From Baekduia sp. (GTDB lineage Bacteria; Actinomycetota; Thermoleophilia; Solirubrobacterales; Solirubrobacteraceae), in contig DASTWY010000068.1 of assembly GCA_035765735.1 (NCBI GenBank), forward strand, positions 44,893 to 108,892: 64,000 nt of DNA, written 5' to 3'. The notes under the pieces were generated by a model. That model was not told the DNA's origin. It did no database searches and saw only the letters and a program-made list of their open reading frames with translations. Shown piece by piece: positions 1 through 9,400 of the stretch (within the stretch, counting starts at the first letter, position 1; the number at the start of each line of letters is the position of its first letter). The position numbers were made by a program, and so were the translations under genes.

Positions 1-1
1 G

Positions 2-1123
2 TGGCCGTCGCTGCGGCTGCTGACCCCGAACTGGCTGAACCGGCTCCCGGGCGCGCCGGCCCCGGAGGACGCCGACGGCTTCCAGGCGGCGTCGGGGTTC
101 GTGGCCGACCTGGAGCGCTACGCGGCCTCGTTCGGGGCGCCCGTGCGCGAGCAGGAGCCGGTCCGCTGGGTCGCGCCGGTGCAGGGCGCGGGCGGCTACG
201 TCGTTGCCACGCCCCGCTCGGTGTTCCACGCCCGCCACGTGGTGATCGCCACCGGCGACTGCGCGGTGCCCCGGGTGCCGGCCGCCGCCGCGACCGTGCC
301 CGCCGGGGTCCGGTCGCTGCACGCCGCGGCCTACACGGCGCCCGACGCGCTGCCGGCCGGCCCGGTGCTCGTCGTCGGCGCCGGGGCCACGGGGCAGCAG
401 CTCGCCGCCGAGCTGGCGCGCGCGGGCCGGCGCGTGGTGATCGCCGCGGGCGGCCACGCCCGCATGCCGCGGCGCTACCGCGGCCGCGACGCGTTCGCGT
501 GGCTGCACGCGATCGGCGCGCTCGACGAGCGGATCGAGGACCACCCCGAGCCGGAGCGCGCGCGGCGCGCGCACAGCTTCGTGCTCAGCGGCGCGGACGG
601 CGGCACGTCGCTGGACCTCAACGTCCTCCAGGACCTGGGCGTCGAGGCCGCCGGCCGGCTGCGCGGCTTCGACGGCGGGCGCGCGCTGCTGGCGCGCGAC
701 CTGGACCGCACGGCCGCCGCGGTCGATGAGCGGCTCGCCGAGCTGCTGGAGCGCTTCGACGCGGCGGCGACCGCCGCCGCCGCGCCCGTGGCGCCGCCCG
801 ACCGGCCGCCGCCGCTGGCCTGCGGCCCCGGGCCCGCGACCGTGGACGTCGGCGGCTTCGGCGCCGTGCTGTGGGCGACCGGCTACGGCCGCGCGTACCC
901 GTGGCTGCGGGTCCCGGTGCTCGACGCCGCCGGCGAGGTCGTCCACGACCGCGGCGCGACCGGCGCGCCGGGACTGCACGTCCTCGGCCTGCGCTTCCAG
1001 CGCCGGCGCAGCTCGCACTTCATCGGCGGCGTGGGGCGCGACGCCGCCGAGCTCGCCGCGGCGCTCGTCGCCGGCCGCGGCGCCGAGCCCGAGCCCGTCC
1101 GCGCCGCCGGCGCCGCCGGGTGA
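2..1123 (+). CDS. FAD/NAD(P)-dependent flavoprotein monooxygenase-like oxidoreductase (5' end outside window)
   Basis: The frame-2 ORF is open to the window edge (WPSLRLLTPNWLN...). It has an internal dinucleotide-binding motif VLVVGAGATGQQLAAELARAG and a C-terminal LWATGYGRAYPWL motif typical of CzcO/class-B flavoprotein monooxygenase-like enzymes. The frame-1 ORF 1..729 is Arg/Gly junk. Confidence 0.75.
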   Translation, partial: WPSLRLLTPNWLNRLPGAPAPEDADGFQAASGFVADLERYAASFGAPVREQEPVRWVAPVQGAGGYVVATPRSVFHARHVVIATGDCAVPRVPAAAATVPAGVRSLHAAAYTAPDALPAGPVLVVGAGATGQQLAAELARAGRRVVIAAGGHARMPRRYRGRDAFAWLHAIGALDERIEDHPEPERARRAHSFVLSGADGGTSLDLNVLQDLGVEAAGRLRGFDGGRALLARDLDRTAAAVDERLAELLERFDAAATAAAAPVAPPDRPPPLACGPGPATVDVGGFGAVLWATGYGRAYPWLRVPVLDAAGEVVHDRGATGAPGLHVLGLRFQRRRSSHFIGGVGRDAAELAAALVAGRGAEPEPVRAAGAAG

Positions 1124-1245
1124 CCCGCCGCCCGCGGACCGGCCTCCGATGCCACCCGCCCGAGCGCACCGGGGGCCGGTCCGCGCAGCCCGCACCCTCC
1201 GGCGTACGGGTCGCCCCCTACCGGGGGTCGCCGGCCGGGAGGACC

Positions 1246-4200
1246 ATGGGCGCCATGCACACCGTCGACGTGCAGCTGCTCGGAGCCTTCGCCGTCACGG
1301 TCGACGGGAGGCCGCTCGGCTCCGCCGCCTTCCCGCAGCGCCGCGCCGCCGACCTGGTCAAGCTGCTGGCGCTCGCCGGCGGCCGGCGCCTGCCGCGCGA
1401 CGCCGTCGTCGAGGCGCTGTGGCCGCACCTCGGCGCCGAGGCCGGCCTGGCCAACCTCCACAAGGCGGCCCACCACGCGCGCCGGGCGCTCGGGGAGCCC
1501 CGGGCCATCGTGCTGCGCCGCGGCGCGGTCGAGCTGGCGCCCGGCGCCACGGTCACCACCGACGTCGAGCGCTTCGAGGCCGGCGACGACGCGGCGTATG
1601 CCGGCGAGCTGCTGCCCGACGACCGCTACGAGACCTGGACGCTCGCGGCTCGGGACCGGCTGCGGGAGCGCCGCCTCGAGGTCCTGCGCCGCCAGGCCCG
1701 CTGGGCGGAGCTCGTCGACGAGGAGCCGGCCGACGAGGAGGCGCATCGCGCGCTGATGCGCGAGCACGCCGCCCGCGGCGACCGTGCCGCTGCGGCCCTC
1801 CAGTTCCGGGCGCTGGCCGACGCGCTCGCGCGGCTCGGGCTGCAGCCGGCGGCTGAGACCGTCGCCCTCCAGCGCGCGCTGTGCGCCGGGCCCGCGGTGC
1901 AGGTGCGGCCCCACCGGGCCGGCGCGCTGACGGGACGCGACGACGAGCTCGCGACCGCCTCGCGCGCGCTGGCCGCCGCGGGTGACGGCCAGGGCGGTTG
2001 CCTGCTCGTCGTCGGCGACGCCGGCACGGGGAAGTCGCGCCTCGTCGACGCCGTGCTCGCCGCCGCGGCGCAGCGCGACCGCCACGTCCTGCGCGCGGCG
2101 GCCCACGACCCGGAGGGCGGCCTGCCGTACCGGCCGCTGGCCGACGCGCTCGAGCCGCTGCTGGCCGAGCGCCCCGACCTGCTCGCCGCGCTGGCGCCCG
2201 CCGCCCAGCGGGTGCTCGCGCTGCTGTGCCCGGCCGCGGTCCGCGGCGTCGAGGTGGCGCGCGGGGCCCGCGGGCAGGACGTGCTCGCGGCCGTCGACCA
2301 GCTGCTCGCCGCGGCCGCCGCCGAGCGACCGCTGGTCCTCGCGATCGAGGACCTCCACGAGGCCGACGCCGCGACGCTGCGCGCCCTGCGCTACGTCGTC
2401 GCGTCCGCGCGCCGGCGGCCGGCGCTCGTCGTCCTGTCGCTGCGCCCCGACGAGGGGCCCGGCGAGGCCGGCGCCCTGCGCCGGCGCCTGCTCGAGCAGC
2501 GCGCGGCGACCGAGATCCACCTCGGTCCGCTCGCTGCCGGTCCGCTGCGGCGGATCGCGCGCCGCGCCGCGCCGCGGCCGCTCGACGACGCGACCCTCGA
2601 CGCGGTGGTCGAGGCCGCCGCCGGCAATCCGTTCTACGCCGAGGAGCTGGCCGCCGCCGGCCCCGCCGGCGCCGCGGCACCGCCGACGCGCCTCGAGGCG
2701 CTGCTGAGCGCCCGCGTCGACCGGCTGGCCGCCGTGGCGCCCGGCGTGCTGCCGGTCGTCGCGGTGCTCGACGACGGCGCGGGCACCGACGAGATCGCCG
2801 AGCTGGCGGACGTCGGGCGCGAGGCCGCCCACCGGGAGCTGCTGGCCGGCGTCCGCACGGGCGTGCTGCGCGCCGCCGGCGGCGGCTGGCGGTTCCGCCA
2901 TCCGCTGCTGCGCGCGGCGGCGCAGCGGCGGCTGATCCCGGACGAGCTGGCGGCGGCGCACCGCCGCGCGGCGGAGCACCTCGACCGCCGGGGCGCGGCG
3001 CCGGAGCGCGTCGCCGGCCACCTGCTCGCCGGCGGCCGGGAGCGCCAGGCCGTGCCGCTGCTGCGCCGCGCCGCCGAGGCGGCGGCGGAGCTCGGGGCGT
3101 TCGCCGACGGCATCGAGTGGGTGCGGCTCGCGCTGACGCACGCCGAGGCCGCCGACCGCCCCACCCTGCTCGAGCTCCTCGGAGATCTCCGCCACGGCGC
3201 CGGCGACGCCCGGGCGGCCAGCGCGTACGCGGCCGCCCGCGGCGAGCGGCGCGGCGCCGCGGTGGCGGGCCTGCAGCTCAAGGAGGCGCGGGCGCATGTC
3301 GCGCTCGGCGACCTCGCCGGGGCGCAGCGCGCGATCGAGGGGCTCGACGGCGAGGGCCACGCGCACGCGCGCGAGAGCCTGCTCGTCCGCGGCATGATCG
3401 CCTGGTACCGGGGCGACTTCGCCACCGCCCGCCGCTGCGCCGACGCCGCCGCCGAGGAGCCGGGAGGCGACGCCGCCGGCGACGCCGTGCTCTACGACCT
3501 GCAGGCGATGATCGCGCACGCCGAGGGCCGCTGGGAGCGCGCGATGGAGGCGCAGCTCGCCGAGGTCTGGCACGTGCCGCAGCTCGCCGGCCGCGTCCTG
3601 GACGCCTACCTCTGCGTCACCGAGTACGTGCTCCACGCCGGTGACCCCGCGGCGCGGCTGATGCAGTTCGCGCGCGACCTCCGCGCACAGGCCGACGCGG
3701 CGGGCGCGCGCCGCGGCATCGCGTTCGCCGCCACCGTCCTCGGCGAGGCGCACCTGCTGGCCGGCGAGCCCGAGGCCGCCGCCGAGCACCTGGCCGACGC
3801 CGTGCGGCTCAGCCGCGCGGTGGGCGCGGTCGGCGGCGAGTCGCTGGCGCGCACCCGGCTCGGCGAGGCGCTGGCGGTGCTCGGGCGGCGCGCCGAGAGC
3901 CGCGCGCACCTCGACGAGGCGGTCGAGCTCGCGCACGCGTCCTCGCTGGCCGACCACGTCCTGTTCATCGCGCACGCCCCGCTGGTCCGCGTCGCCGAGG
4001 ATCCCGAGGAGGCGCTGCTGGTCGTCGACCGGGCCGAGGCGCTGCTCGACCCTGAGCCGGCGTGCCGCTTCTGCCCCGTGGAGTACTACGTCGCCGCGGC
4101 GACGGCCTGCGCACGGGCCGGGGACGTCGGACGCGGCCGGGGGTTCCTCGATCGCGCGCGGGCCTCGGCCGCCCTCTGGGCGGGAGGACCGCGCTCGGCG

Positions 4201-4353
4201 GCCGTGGCCGAGGCGCACGGCGAGCTGCTGCTGGCCGAGGGCCGCGACGCCGACGCCGAGGTCGCGTTCCTGCGCGCCGCCGACGGCTACGCGAGCGTCG
4301 GCCACCGCCTCCACGAGGACCGCGTGCGCGACCTGCTGGCCGCCCGCGTGTGA
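1246..4353 (+). CDS. SARP/AfsR-family transcriptional regulator (winged-helix + BTAD + P-loop NTPase + TPR-like C-terminus)
   Basis: ATG 1246 follows a GGGAGGA RBS. The N-terminus LLGAFAVTVDGRPL...DRYETWTLAARDRLRE matches SARP DNA-binding/BTAD domains. A Walker A motif GDAGTGKS is present. The long Ala/Leu-rich helical-repeat C-terminus fits the family. The track ORF upstream of 1246 is Arg-rich junk. Confidence 0.85.
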   Translation: MGAMHTVDVQLLGAFAVTVDGRPLGSAAFPQRRAADLVKLLALAGGRRLPRDAVVEALWPHLGAEAGLANLHKAAHHARRALGEPRAIVLRRGAVELAPGATVTTDVERFEAGDDAAYAGELLPDDRYETWTLAARDRLRERRLEVLRRQARWAELVDEEPADEEAHRALMREHAARGDRAAAALQFRALADALARLGLQPAAETVALQRALCAGPAVQVRPHRAGALTGRDDELATASRALAAAGDGQGGCLLVVGDAGTGKSRLVDAVLAAAAQRDRHVLRAAAHDPEGGLPYRPLADALEPLLAERPDLLAALAPAAQRVLALLCPAAVRGVEVARGARGQDVLAAVDQLLAAAAAERPLVLAIEDLHEADAATLRALRYVVASARRRPALVVLSLRPDEGPGEAGALRRRLLEQRAATEIHLGPLAAGPLRRIARRAAPRPLDDATLDAVVEAAAGNPFYAEELAAAGPAGAAAPPTRLEALLSARVDRLAAVAPGVLPVVAVLDDGAGTDEIAELADVGREAAHRELLAGVRTGVLRAAGGGWRFRHPLLRAAAQRRLIPDELAAAHRRAAEHLDRRGAAPERVAGHLLAGGRERQAVPLLRRAAEAAAELGAFADGIEWVRLALTHAEAADRPTLLELLGDLRHGAGDARAASAYAAARGERRGAAVAGLQLKEARAHVALGDLAGAQRAIEGLDGEGHAHARESLLVRGMIAWYRGDFATARRCADAAAEEPGGDAAGDAVLYDLQAMIAHAEGRWERAMEAQLAEVWHVPQLAGRVLDAYLCVTEYVLHAGDPAARLMQFARDLRAQADAAGARRGIAFAATVLGEAHLLAGEPEAAAEHLADAVRLSRAVGAVGGESLARTRLGEALAVLGRRAESRAHLDEAVELAHASSLADHVLFIAHAPLVRVAEDPEEALLVVDRAEALLDPEPACRFCPVEYYVAAATACARAGDVGRGRGFLDRARASAALWAGGPRSAAVAEAHGELLLAEGRDADAEVAFLRAADGYASVGHRLHEDRVRDLLAARV

Positions 4354-4420
4354 GCCGCGGTGGGCGGGCGGGCCGGTCGCCGGGAAGGTCCGGGGAAGGC
4401 CGGCGGCGCACGCTGGCGGC

Positions 4421-5218
4421 ATGACCACCACCACCGACATCATCGCTCCCGACACCGTCGAGCTCGGCGAGGTGCGCCTCCGCATCCAGGCGATGTACCA
4501 CGACGTCGCCGAGCGCCCCGAGGGCGACTTCCACTTCGAGATGGGCCGCCCGCTGGCCGAGCGCCTCGGCTATCCCGGCGCCTGGCTCGACGCCGTCCCG
4601 CCCGAGGCGCTGGCCTCGTTCGCCGGCGTGGGCCACATGCTGGACCTGGCGGCGCTGCGGCCCGGGCAGCGGGTCCTCGACCTCGGCAGCGGCGCCGGCA
4701 CCGACGCGTTCATCGCGGCGCGCCTGGTCGGCCCGGCCGGCGCCGTCGTCGGCGTCGACATGACCGAGGCGCAGCTCGTGAAGGCCCGGGCGCTCCGCGA
4801 TCGCGCGGGTGTGCGGCAGCTGTCGTTCGTCGCGGGCTTCGTCGAGGAGCCGCCGGCCGAGCCCGGCAGCGTCGACGCCGTCGTCTCCAACGGCGTCCTC
4901 AACCTCGTGCCCGACAAGGCGCGGGCGTTCCGCGCCGCCGCCGACGTGCTGCGTCCCGGCGGCCGGCTCGCCATCGCCGACATCGTCAGCGCGCGGCCGC
5001 TGAAGGACCGCACCCGTCGCAACACCGCGCTGTGGGCGGCGTGCATCGCCGGCGCGGTGCCCATGGACGACTACCTGTCGGCCATCGAGGACACGGGCCT
5101 GGCGGTGGAGGCGATCCGCGTCAACCGCGACTACCGGTTCCGCTCGCCGCGGGCCGTCGAGGCGGCCGACCGCTACGGCGTGATGAGCGTCTCGGTCCTG
5201 GCCGTCAAGCCAGGGTGA
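4421..5218 (+). CDS. SAM-dependent methyltransferase, arsenite-methyltransferase (ArsM)-like
   Basis: SAM-binding motif VLDLGSGAGTD is present. The context (YHDVAERPEGDFHFEMGRPLAERLGYP, RLAIADIV, LWAACIAGA) resembles ArsM/UbiE-type methyltransferases. Clean ATG start. Confidence 0.8.
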   Translation: MTTTTDIIAPDTVELGEVRLRIQAMYHDVAERPEGDFHFEMGRPLAERLGYPGAWLDAVPPEALASFAGVGHMLDLAALRPGQRVLDLGSGAGTDAFIAARLVGPAGAVVGVDMTEAQLVKARALRDRAGVRQLSFVAGFVEEPPAEPGSVDAVVSNGVLNLVPDKARAFRAAADVLRPGGRLAIADIVSARPLKDRTRRNTALWAACIAGAVPMDDYLSAIEDTGLAVEAIRVNRDYRFRSPRAVEAADRYGVMSVSVLAVKPG

Positions 5219-5277
5219 GCGCCGGGCGTCCACTGCCGCGGGCGAGCGCCCCGCGGGCGCGGTAGGTTCGCCGCGAC

Positions 5278-6006
5278 ATGCTCGAAGATCGGGTGGCCCT
5301 GGTGACCGGCGGCAGCGGTGGGATCGGCGCGGCGCTCTGCCGCCGGCTGGCCGCCGAGGGCGCCGCGGTCGCCGTGCACTACCGCGATCGCGCGGAGCTG
5401 GCGCAGGCGATCGCCGACGAGATCGCCGGCGCCGGCGGCCGCGCCTGCGCCATCGCCGCCGACCTGCTCGTCCCGCGAGGCGCCGACCTGCTCGTCGACG
5501 AGGTCGAGCGGCGCCTGGGGCCCGTCGAGGTGCTCGTGGCCAACCACGGGCTCGCGCACCGCGCCCCGTGGGAGGACGTGGACGCCGGGACCTGGGACGA
5601 GACGCTGGCCGTCAACCTCCGCGCGCCGTGGCTGCTCGCCCGGCGGGTGCTGCCGTCCATGCGCGACCGCGGCTGGGGCCGCATCCTCTTCGTGTCGTCG
5701 GTGGCCGCGTTCACCGGCGGCATCGTGGGGCCGCACTACGCGGCGTCGAAGGCCGGCCTGCACGGCTTGACCCACCACCTGGCGGCACGGGTGGCGGCCG
5801 AGGGCGTCACCGTCAACGCGATCGCGCCGGCGCTGATCGAGCGCACCGACATGCTGCCCGGCGACCCGGGCGAGCTCTCGGGGATGGTCCCGGCCGGCCG
5901 CCTCGGCCGCCCCGACGAGGTCGCCGACCTGGCGGTGGCGATGCTGCGCAACGCCTACCTCACCAGCAAGGTGTACGCGTTGGACGGCGGCATCCACCCG
6001 CGCTGA
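5278..6006 (+). CDS. SDR family oxidoreductase (FabG-like)
   Basis: TGGSGGIG cofactor motif, NHG and YxxxK (YAASKAG) catalytic motifs. Length of 242 aa is typical. Confidence 0.9.
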   Translation: MLEDRVALVTGGSGGIGAALCRRLAAEGAAVAVHYRDRAELAQAIADEIAGAGGRACAIAADLLVPRGADLLVDEVERRLGPVEVLVANHGLAHRAPWEDVDAGTWDETLAVNLRAPWLLARRVLPSMRDRGWGRILFVSSVAAFTGGIVGPHYAASKAGLHGLTHHLAARVAAEGVTVNAIAPALIERTDMLPGDPGELSGMVPAGRLGRPDEVADLAVAMLRNAYLTSKVYALDGGIHPR

Positions 6007-6018
6007 GCGGGCGCCGGC

Positions 6019-6108
6019 GGGTGGGGCGGCTCCACGGCGGTATGCGACGCCAAGCCGCCCCAGCGCGCGAGCGGCCCGGTGGGTGGGGCGGCTCCACGGC
6101 GGTATGCG
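6019..6108. repeat. Two perfect 28-nt direct repeats (GGGTGGGGCGGCTCCACGGCGGTATGCG) 62 nt apart, each able to seed a GC hairpin
   Basis: Read directly: copies at 6019-6046 and 6081-6108. They lie in the convergent gap between the SDR stop and the MarR stop. GGGGCGGC...GCCGCCCC can pair (6022-6060). Confidence 0.85.
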
Positions 6109-6143
6109 GGGCGAACGCGCCCCACCCGAGCCGGGCGGCCGTG

Positions 6144-6590
6144 TCACGCCGGCGGCCACAGCGCGCCGTGGAGCTCCGCGAGGAGGCCGCGGAGCGCCGC
6201 CATCTTCTCCTCGCCCAGCAGCGCGGACCACTCGCGCTCGATCTCCGCCGCCGCGCGGCGGGCCTCGGCGACCGCGGCGTGGCCGCGCGCGGTGGGCCGG
6301 ACGAGCTTGGCCCGGCCGTCGTGGGGGTCGGCGATGCGCTCGACGTAGCCGAGCCGCTCGAGCTCGTTGACCAGGTAGACGACGGTCTGCTTGGTCAGCT
6401 GCGCGCGCTCGGCCAGCTCGGTCACGCGCGAGCCGTCGTCGCGCACGTGCTGGAACACGGCGCTCAAGGCTGGGCGGGCGTCGCCGAACCCCTGGTCGGC
6501 GACCGCCGCGTTGAGGCGCTCGTTGAACGCCAGCCAGGGGTCGCGCAGCAGCGTGCCGAGGTTGCGTGTGCCGAGCGGTCGTGGACGCAC
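6144..6590 (-). CDS. MarR family transcriptional regulator
   Basis: A winged-HTH core is present (TELAERAQLTKQTVVYLVNELERLGYVERIADPHDGRAKLVRPTARG). It is 148 aa and divergent from a cupin gene. The exact start is uncertain. Confidence 0.85.
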   Translation of the reverse strand: MRPRPLGTRNLGTLLRDPWLAFNERLNAAVADQGFGDARPALSAVFQHVRDDGSRVTELAERAQLTKQTVVYLVNELERLGYVERIADPHDGRAKLVRPTARGHAAVAEARRAAAEIEREWSALLGEEKMAALRGLLAELHGALWPPA

Positions 6591-6605
6591 TTGCCAACCG
6601 TAGCC

Positions 6606-6646
6606 GATCGTGCGACGATCGAACTATATTCGTTCGAACATCGAAC
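6606..6646. promoter_or_regulatory. Candidate MarR operator / divergent promoter region
   Basis: This is the lowest-GC patch of the MarR-cupin intergenic region. It contains the inverted repeat GATCGT-GCG-ACGATC (6606-6620). Three TCGAAC half-sites are present, including the perfect palindrome GTTCGAAC (6632-6639). A TATATT -10-like box lies at 6625-6630. Confidence 0.4.
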
Positions 6647-6670
6647 GAGCAAAACTCCAGGGAGGACCAC

Positions 6671-7243
6671 GTGGCGCGCAAGGGCGACACCATCAGGAAC
6701 ATCCGGTCGGGTGAGACGATCACCTTCGTCCGCACGACCGAGGACAGCGGTGGCGAGGCCGTGGAGATGCTGTTCACGGTCACGCCGGGCGGCGCGCCGG
6801 CCGCGGTCCACGTCCATCCGCGCCAGACCGAGCGCTTCGACGTCCACGAGGGCTGCTGCCGCGTCGCCGTCGAGGGCGAGGAGCGGTTCGTCGAGGCGGG
6901 CGACAGCTTCATGATCCCGGCCGGTGCGGCGCACGTGTGGTCGGCGGTGACCGATCTGCGGATGACGGTGACCCTGGAGCCCGCGCTCGACGGCGAGGCG
7001 TTCTTCGAGGACCTGTTCGCCCTCTGCAACGCCGGCCCGGTCAACGCGAAGGGGCTGCCGGGCCCGCTCAGCATGGCGGTGCTGGCCCACGACCACCGCG
7101 AGACCTGCATCCTGGCGTCGCCCCCGCCGTTCGTGCAGCGCGTCGTGTTCTCGGTTCTGGCGCGGATCGGGCGCGCGCTCGGGCACGGCGCCGCGAACCT
7201 GCCGGCGCCCGTCGCCGAGCTGGCGGCCGCCGAGGCGGCCTGA
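6671..7243 (+). CDS. Cupin domain protein
   Basis: GTG 6671 is preceded by AGGGAGGA. Cupin motifs are present (HVHPRQTERFDVHEGCCRVAVEGEE ... GDSFMIPAGAAHVW). The track ORF start at 6566 lies inside the MarR gene and is unlikely. Confidence 0.8.
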   Translation: MARKGDTIRNIRSGETITFVRTTEDSGGEAVEMLFTVTPGGAPAAVHVHPRQTERFDVHEGCCRVAVEGEERFVEAGDSFMIPAGAAHVWSAVTDLRMTVTLEPALDGEAFFEDLFALCNAGPVNAKGLPGPLSMAVLAHDHRETCILASPPPFVQRVVFSVLARIGRALGHGAANLPAPVAELAAAEAA

Positions 7244-7260
7244 GGCCGGCGCCGGCCCGG

Positions 7261-7301
7261 CGCGGGCGGGTTGACGGTCGTGACGACCGCCAACCCGCCC
7301 G
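7261..7301. terminator. Bidirectional GC-rich hairpin (19-nt arms, one A.C mismatch, 3-nt loop)
   Basis: GCGGGCGGGTTGACGGTCG-tga-CGACCGCCAACCCGCCCGC lies between the convergent cupin (+) and hydrolase (-) genes. Confidence 0.6.
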
Positions 7302-7310
7302 CGGACGCCG

Positions 7311-9287
7311 CTAGGGCGTCCAGTCCGAGCTGTGGCAGGGCTTGCCGTCGCAGACGTCGACGACCTGCCCGTCGAGCAGGAACCGCGCCTTCTGCACCCG
7401 GGCCGCGGGCGTCGCGCGCGGCGACTCGTGCGGGTCGGTGCCCTCGCGCTGCGGGATCTCGAGGACCGGCTCCGGCGGGTTGTGGCCCGCGCCCGAGTCC
7501 CAGTAGACCAGCGCCGAGCCGCTGTACGGGAACGACGGGATCCGCGCCAGCTCCGCCAGCGGCTGGGCGGCGAGGCTGCGGCCGGGGTCGAACGCCGGCT
7601 CGTAGACCTTCGCGCCGATGGTGCGGGCCATGACCTCGGCCGTCCAGTTGGACACCTGGGCGTCGCCGACGGCCGGCTGGAGCAGCACGGTGTGCTTGGG
7701 CGTGTCCGGCAGGTTCGCCGTCGTCATGTGGTTGGCGTAGCCGTCGCCCTCGCCGCGGTCCCACAGCAGCTGCACGATCGCCAGGGCCTCGAGCCGCTGG
7801 ATCTGGTGCGGGTAGGCGGGGTAGAGGACCTTCGCGTACAGGTCGAAGTCCGTCGAGCGCGGCAGCAGCGTGGCGTAGTCCATGCCGACGACGCCGAGCA
7901 CGGCGCGCGTGTAGTCGGGCGCCAGCGCCGTGAGCGCCGCGCCGTCGATCGCGCCCTGGCTGTTGCCGTCGTAGTACAGCGCCGACGGGTCGATGACCGG
8001 CAGCCCGGCGAGCTGGAACGCCGGGTCCTTCGCGAGCCCGTCGGGGTGGCGCATGAGCCGACCCAGGTAGAGCATGTTCAGGAAGCCCTGCTGCAGCCGG
8101 TCGGCCATCTTCGGAAAGCCGCTGAGGTCGCCGAGGATGCCGACCGCGGTCGGGATGTCCTCGTTGGACATGCCGGCCCACGGCGTGGCGCAGAACACGA
8201 AGTCGTGCTCCTGGGACATCGCCTCGACGTTGGCGGCGTTGATCTCCGTCGGCTTGCCGAGCAGGCCGTGCCCGTAGAGGGACAGGTGCGCCGGCGTCGC
8301 CGGCGTCGCCGCCCGCGGGATGTTGCACACGAACGGCGCCTGCTGCACATTGCCCGGCAGCTGCGTGGGCAGGGCGTCCTTGCTCCTGGAGCTGTAGTGG
8401 AACTGCGCGCCGGTCGGGCACCCGGTCTGGTCGAGATAGCAGGGCACCGTGATCGTGCCGGTGATCTGGCGCGCGATGTTCGCGTTCTCGGTCGGCGAGA
8501 GGTCGGTCACGCCGGTGATCGTGTAGGCCGGCGCCTTGCCCTGCGGGACGCCGTCGGCGAGGTTCGTGTCGCCGAGCTGGCCGAACGCGTCGTCGCGGAT
8601 GGCGAGCATCCGGCCGGCGAGGCTCTTCGTGCTGGCCACGGTGAACGTCCAGGCCAGGTAAAGCGACTTGGTGCGCTTGACCTTCGCCTTGCGCAGCGTC
8701 CTGAAGATCGCCGCGTGCTTGCCCAGGTGCGCGAACCGGCGCGGCGCGTGGCGGTGAATGCCGCGCAGCGCGACCACGTACGTGTGGCCGTCGGCGAGGT
8801 TCTTGGCCGGGTGGATGACGATCAGGCGCTGCGACGGCGACTGGGCGACGCTGACGTCCAGGTCGGCCCAGGCCGGCCACCGCTTGCCCGTCTTCGCGTC
8901 GGCCAGCACCAGCCGGCTGCGGCGCTTCATCGAGTCGCCGACGTGGCCGGCGTCGGGCAGGTGCGTGCGCGCGAAGGCCTTCTGCGTGCTGACGCCCGGG
9001 ATGCGCAGCAGGATCGGCTGGCCGGGCGAGAAGCCGTCGGCGCGGTTCTCGTCGGTGACGTCCATGTGGACGCCCTTGTCGTTGACCGGCACGACGGCCC
9101 GGGACAGGTGCACGCGGCGGCCGGTGGGGGTGTGGCGGTCCTTGACGGTCTGCGTGGCGTCGTTGGGGAACGGCAGCAGGCAGCCGCGCTGCGGCATGTC
9201 GGTGCACGACGGGGCGGCGGCGGCGCTCGCGGGAGCAGCGAGGGCGAGGCCCCCGGCCAGCAGCAGCGCCTGGCGGCGGTACTTCAT
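7311..9287 (-). CDS. Secreted alpha/beta-hydrolase-like protein
   Basis: A GGAGGAG RBS precedes the ATG. The signal peptide is MKYRRQALLLAGGLALAAPASAAAAP. A nucleophile-elbow-like GNSQG motif sits within YYDGNSQGAIDGAAL. The composition is non-junk. The family was not identified further. Confidence 0.75.
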   Translation of the reverse strand: MKYRRQALLLAGGLALAAPASAAAAPSCTDMPQRGCLLPFPNDATQTVKDRHTPTGRRVHLSRAVVPVNDKGVHMDVTDENRADGFSPGQPILLRIPGVSTQKAFARTHLPDAGHVGDSMKRRSRLVLADAKTGKRWPAWADLDVSVAQSPSQRLIVIHPAKNLADGHTYVVALRGIHRHAPRRFAHLGKHAAIFRTLRKAKVKRTKSLYLAWTFTVASTKSLAGRMLAIRDDAFGQLGDTNLADGVPQGKAPAYTITGVTDLSPTENANIARQITGTITVPCYLDQTGCPTGAQFHYSSRSKDALPTQLPGNVQQAPFVCNIPRAATPATPAHLSLYGHGLLGKPTEINAANVEAMSQEHDFVFCATPWAGMSNEDIPTAVGILGDLSGFPKMADRLQQGFLNMLYLGRLMRHPDGLAKDPAFQLAGLPVIDPSALYYDGNSQGAIDGAALTALAPDYTRAVLGVVGMDYATLLPRSTDFDLYAKVLYPAYPHQIQRLEALAIVQLLWDRGEGDGYANHMTTANLPDTPKHTVLLQPAVGDAQVSNWTAEVMARTIGAKVYEPAFDPGRSLAAQPLAELARIPSFPYSGSALVYWDSGAGHNPPEPVLEIPQREGTDPHESPRATPAARVQKARFLLDGQVVDVCDGKPCHSSDWTP

Positions 9288-9400
9288 GTGGTCTCTCCTC
9301 CAGAAAACGGCAGGTGGCGAGCGTAGCGCCCGGATCGGCGCTGCCTCGACACCGTGTCAGCCGCTGGCGCGCCGGTGCGCCGGTGGGCGATGATGGGCGC

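Noticed and set aside
1-729. Frame-1 242-aa ORF at the window start
   Set aside because: It is Arg/Gly/Ala junk. Frame 2 carries a recognisable flavoprotein sequence continuing from the window edge.
883-4485. 1200-aa minus-strand ORF antisense to the SARP regulator gene
   Set aside because: The translation is Arg/Ala/Gly/Pro-rich low complexity with no motifs. The opposite strand carries a clearly recognisable protein. This is a typical GC-driven shadow ORF.
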